A stretch of 64,000 bases of DNA, taken from Flavobacteriales bacterium. Its GTDB lineage: Bacteria > Bacteroidota > Bacteroidia > Flavobacteriales_F > PHOS-HE28. The notes below the pieces were generated by a model. That model did no database searches. It saw nothing but the letters and a program-made list of their open reading frames with translations, and had not been told where the DNA came from. Below, one piece after another: positions 63,112 to 64,000 of the stretch (the first letter of the stretch is position 1; every line of letters starts with the position of its first letter). The DNA lies in NCBI GenBank assembly GCA_017987895.1, contig JAGNSU010000003.1:22033-86032 (forward strand), given 5' to 3'. Made by a program: the position numbers and the translations under genes.

Positions 63112-64000
63112 ATGCATTCCGAATCCGCGATCCGCGAACCGCTCATCCTGGGCCACAAGACCTATCACGATATCACGGCGGATATCGTCGGGCCTATTGA
63201 GAACAAGGCCCCTCGCGCTTGGTACGTGCTGCTCACCATCAGTAGCCTGATCGCCCTCTACGGCATCGGCTGCATCATGTACCTCATCGGTACTGGTATC
63301 GGGGTATGGGGCTTGAACAAGACCGTGGATTGGGCTTGGGATATCACCAACTTCGTGTGGTGGGTGGGCATCGGCCATGCCGGCACGCTCATCAGCGCGG
63401 TGCTGCTGTTGTTCCGCCAACGCTGGCGCATGGCCATTAACCGCAGCGCGGAGGCGATGACCATTTTCGCTGTGATCATGGCGGCCACCTTCCCCGTGAT
63501 CCACATGGGCCGGGTTTGGATGGCGTATTGGGTGCTTCCCCTGCCGAACACCTTCGGCTCGTTGTGGGTGAACTTCAACAGCCCGCTTCTCTGGGACGTG
63601 TTCGCGATCAGCACCTACTTCACGGTGTCGCTGGTGTTCTGGTACATCGGTCTGATCCCCGACTTCGCCACCATACGGGACCGGGTGACCACCAAGGGCA
63701 TGAAGCGGGCATACAGTATCCTGAGCTTCGGATGGACCGGCAATGCGAAAGCATGGACCCGGTTCGAGGAAGTGAGTTTGGTGCTGGCGGGCATCGCCAC
63801 TCCGCTGGTGTTCTCGGTACACAGCGTGGTGAGCATGGACTTCGCGACATCGATCATCCCCGGCTGGCACACCACCATCTTCCCACCCTACTTCGTGAGC
63901 GGCGCCGTGTTCAGTGGGTTCGCGATGGTGCAAACGCTGCTCCTGGTGATGCGCAAGGTGATGAAGCTGGAGAGCTACATCACCGTGAAGCACGTGGAGT
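63112..64000 (+). CDS. actC: Alternative Complex III ActC (NrfD/PsrC-like quinol-interacting membrane subunit), partial, running off the window end
   Basis: ATG 63112 gives [52 protein letters not shown]..., a multi-pass membrane protein. It is missing from the ORF track because it has no stop within the window. Confidence 0.85.
   Translation, partial: MHSESAIREPLILGHKTYHDITADIVGPIENKAPRAWYVLLTISSLIALYGIGCIMYLIGTGIGVWGLNKTVDWAWDITNFVWWVGIGHAGTLISAVLLLFRQRWRMAINRSAEAMTIFAVIMAATFPVIHMGRVWMAYWVLPLPNTFGSLWVNFNSPLLWDVFAISTYFTVSLVFWYIGLIPDFATIRDRVTTKGMKRAYSILSFGWTGNAKAWTRFEEVSLVLAGIATPLVFSVHSVVSMDFATSIIPGWHTTIFPPYFVSGAVFSGFAMVQTLLLVMRKVMKLESYITVKHVE

Overview
GC-rich chromosomal segment from a Bacteroidota-type genome. 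Three things support that assignment: six proteins end in T9SS/Por C-terminal sorting domains, TAnnTT(T/C)G -7 promoter boxes recur just upstream of start codons, and an Alternative Complex III (actABC) locus sits at the right edge. Most of the window is ordinary housekeeping: polA, a metC-family gene, yicC-gmk-nadD, udk, ppk2, recJ, tadA, gdhA, dprA, kdsB, a GT9 heptosyltransferase, tatD, ansA, tRNA-Ser(GGA), dusB, rbfA, an msbA-like ABC exporter and rimP-nusA-infB. I found no rRNA, CRISPR array, transposase, integrase or recognisable defence genes. I cannot point to a complete, clearly novel multi-gene system. The best candidates are: (1) the left-end four-gene secreted cluster (669-6622), built around a phage-tail-fibre-like protein with a 36-bp tandem array and an intramolecular-chaperone-like module, with no phage genes nearby; (2) an AT-richer two-gene islet with its own promoter (14838-15592); (3) two ORFs under 60 aa, missing from the ORF track, each followed by its own terminator (20709-21270); (4) structured non-coding elements, namely a 21-bp terminal inverted-repeat element (11034-11207), a nested inverted duplication next to tRNA-Ser (45873-45986), a sequence-related GAACGAAG...CTTCGTTC hairpin family, and a G-quadruplex motif plus promoter plus terminator in the rimP-nusA-infB leader. 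All functional calls come from motifs read by eye in the translations. No database search was run. Many long antisense ORFs in the track are GC-driven artefacts and were rejected.
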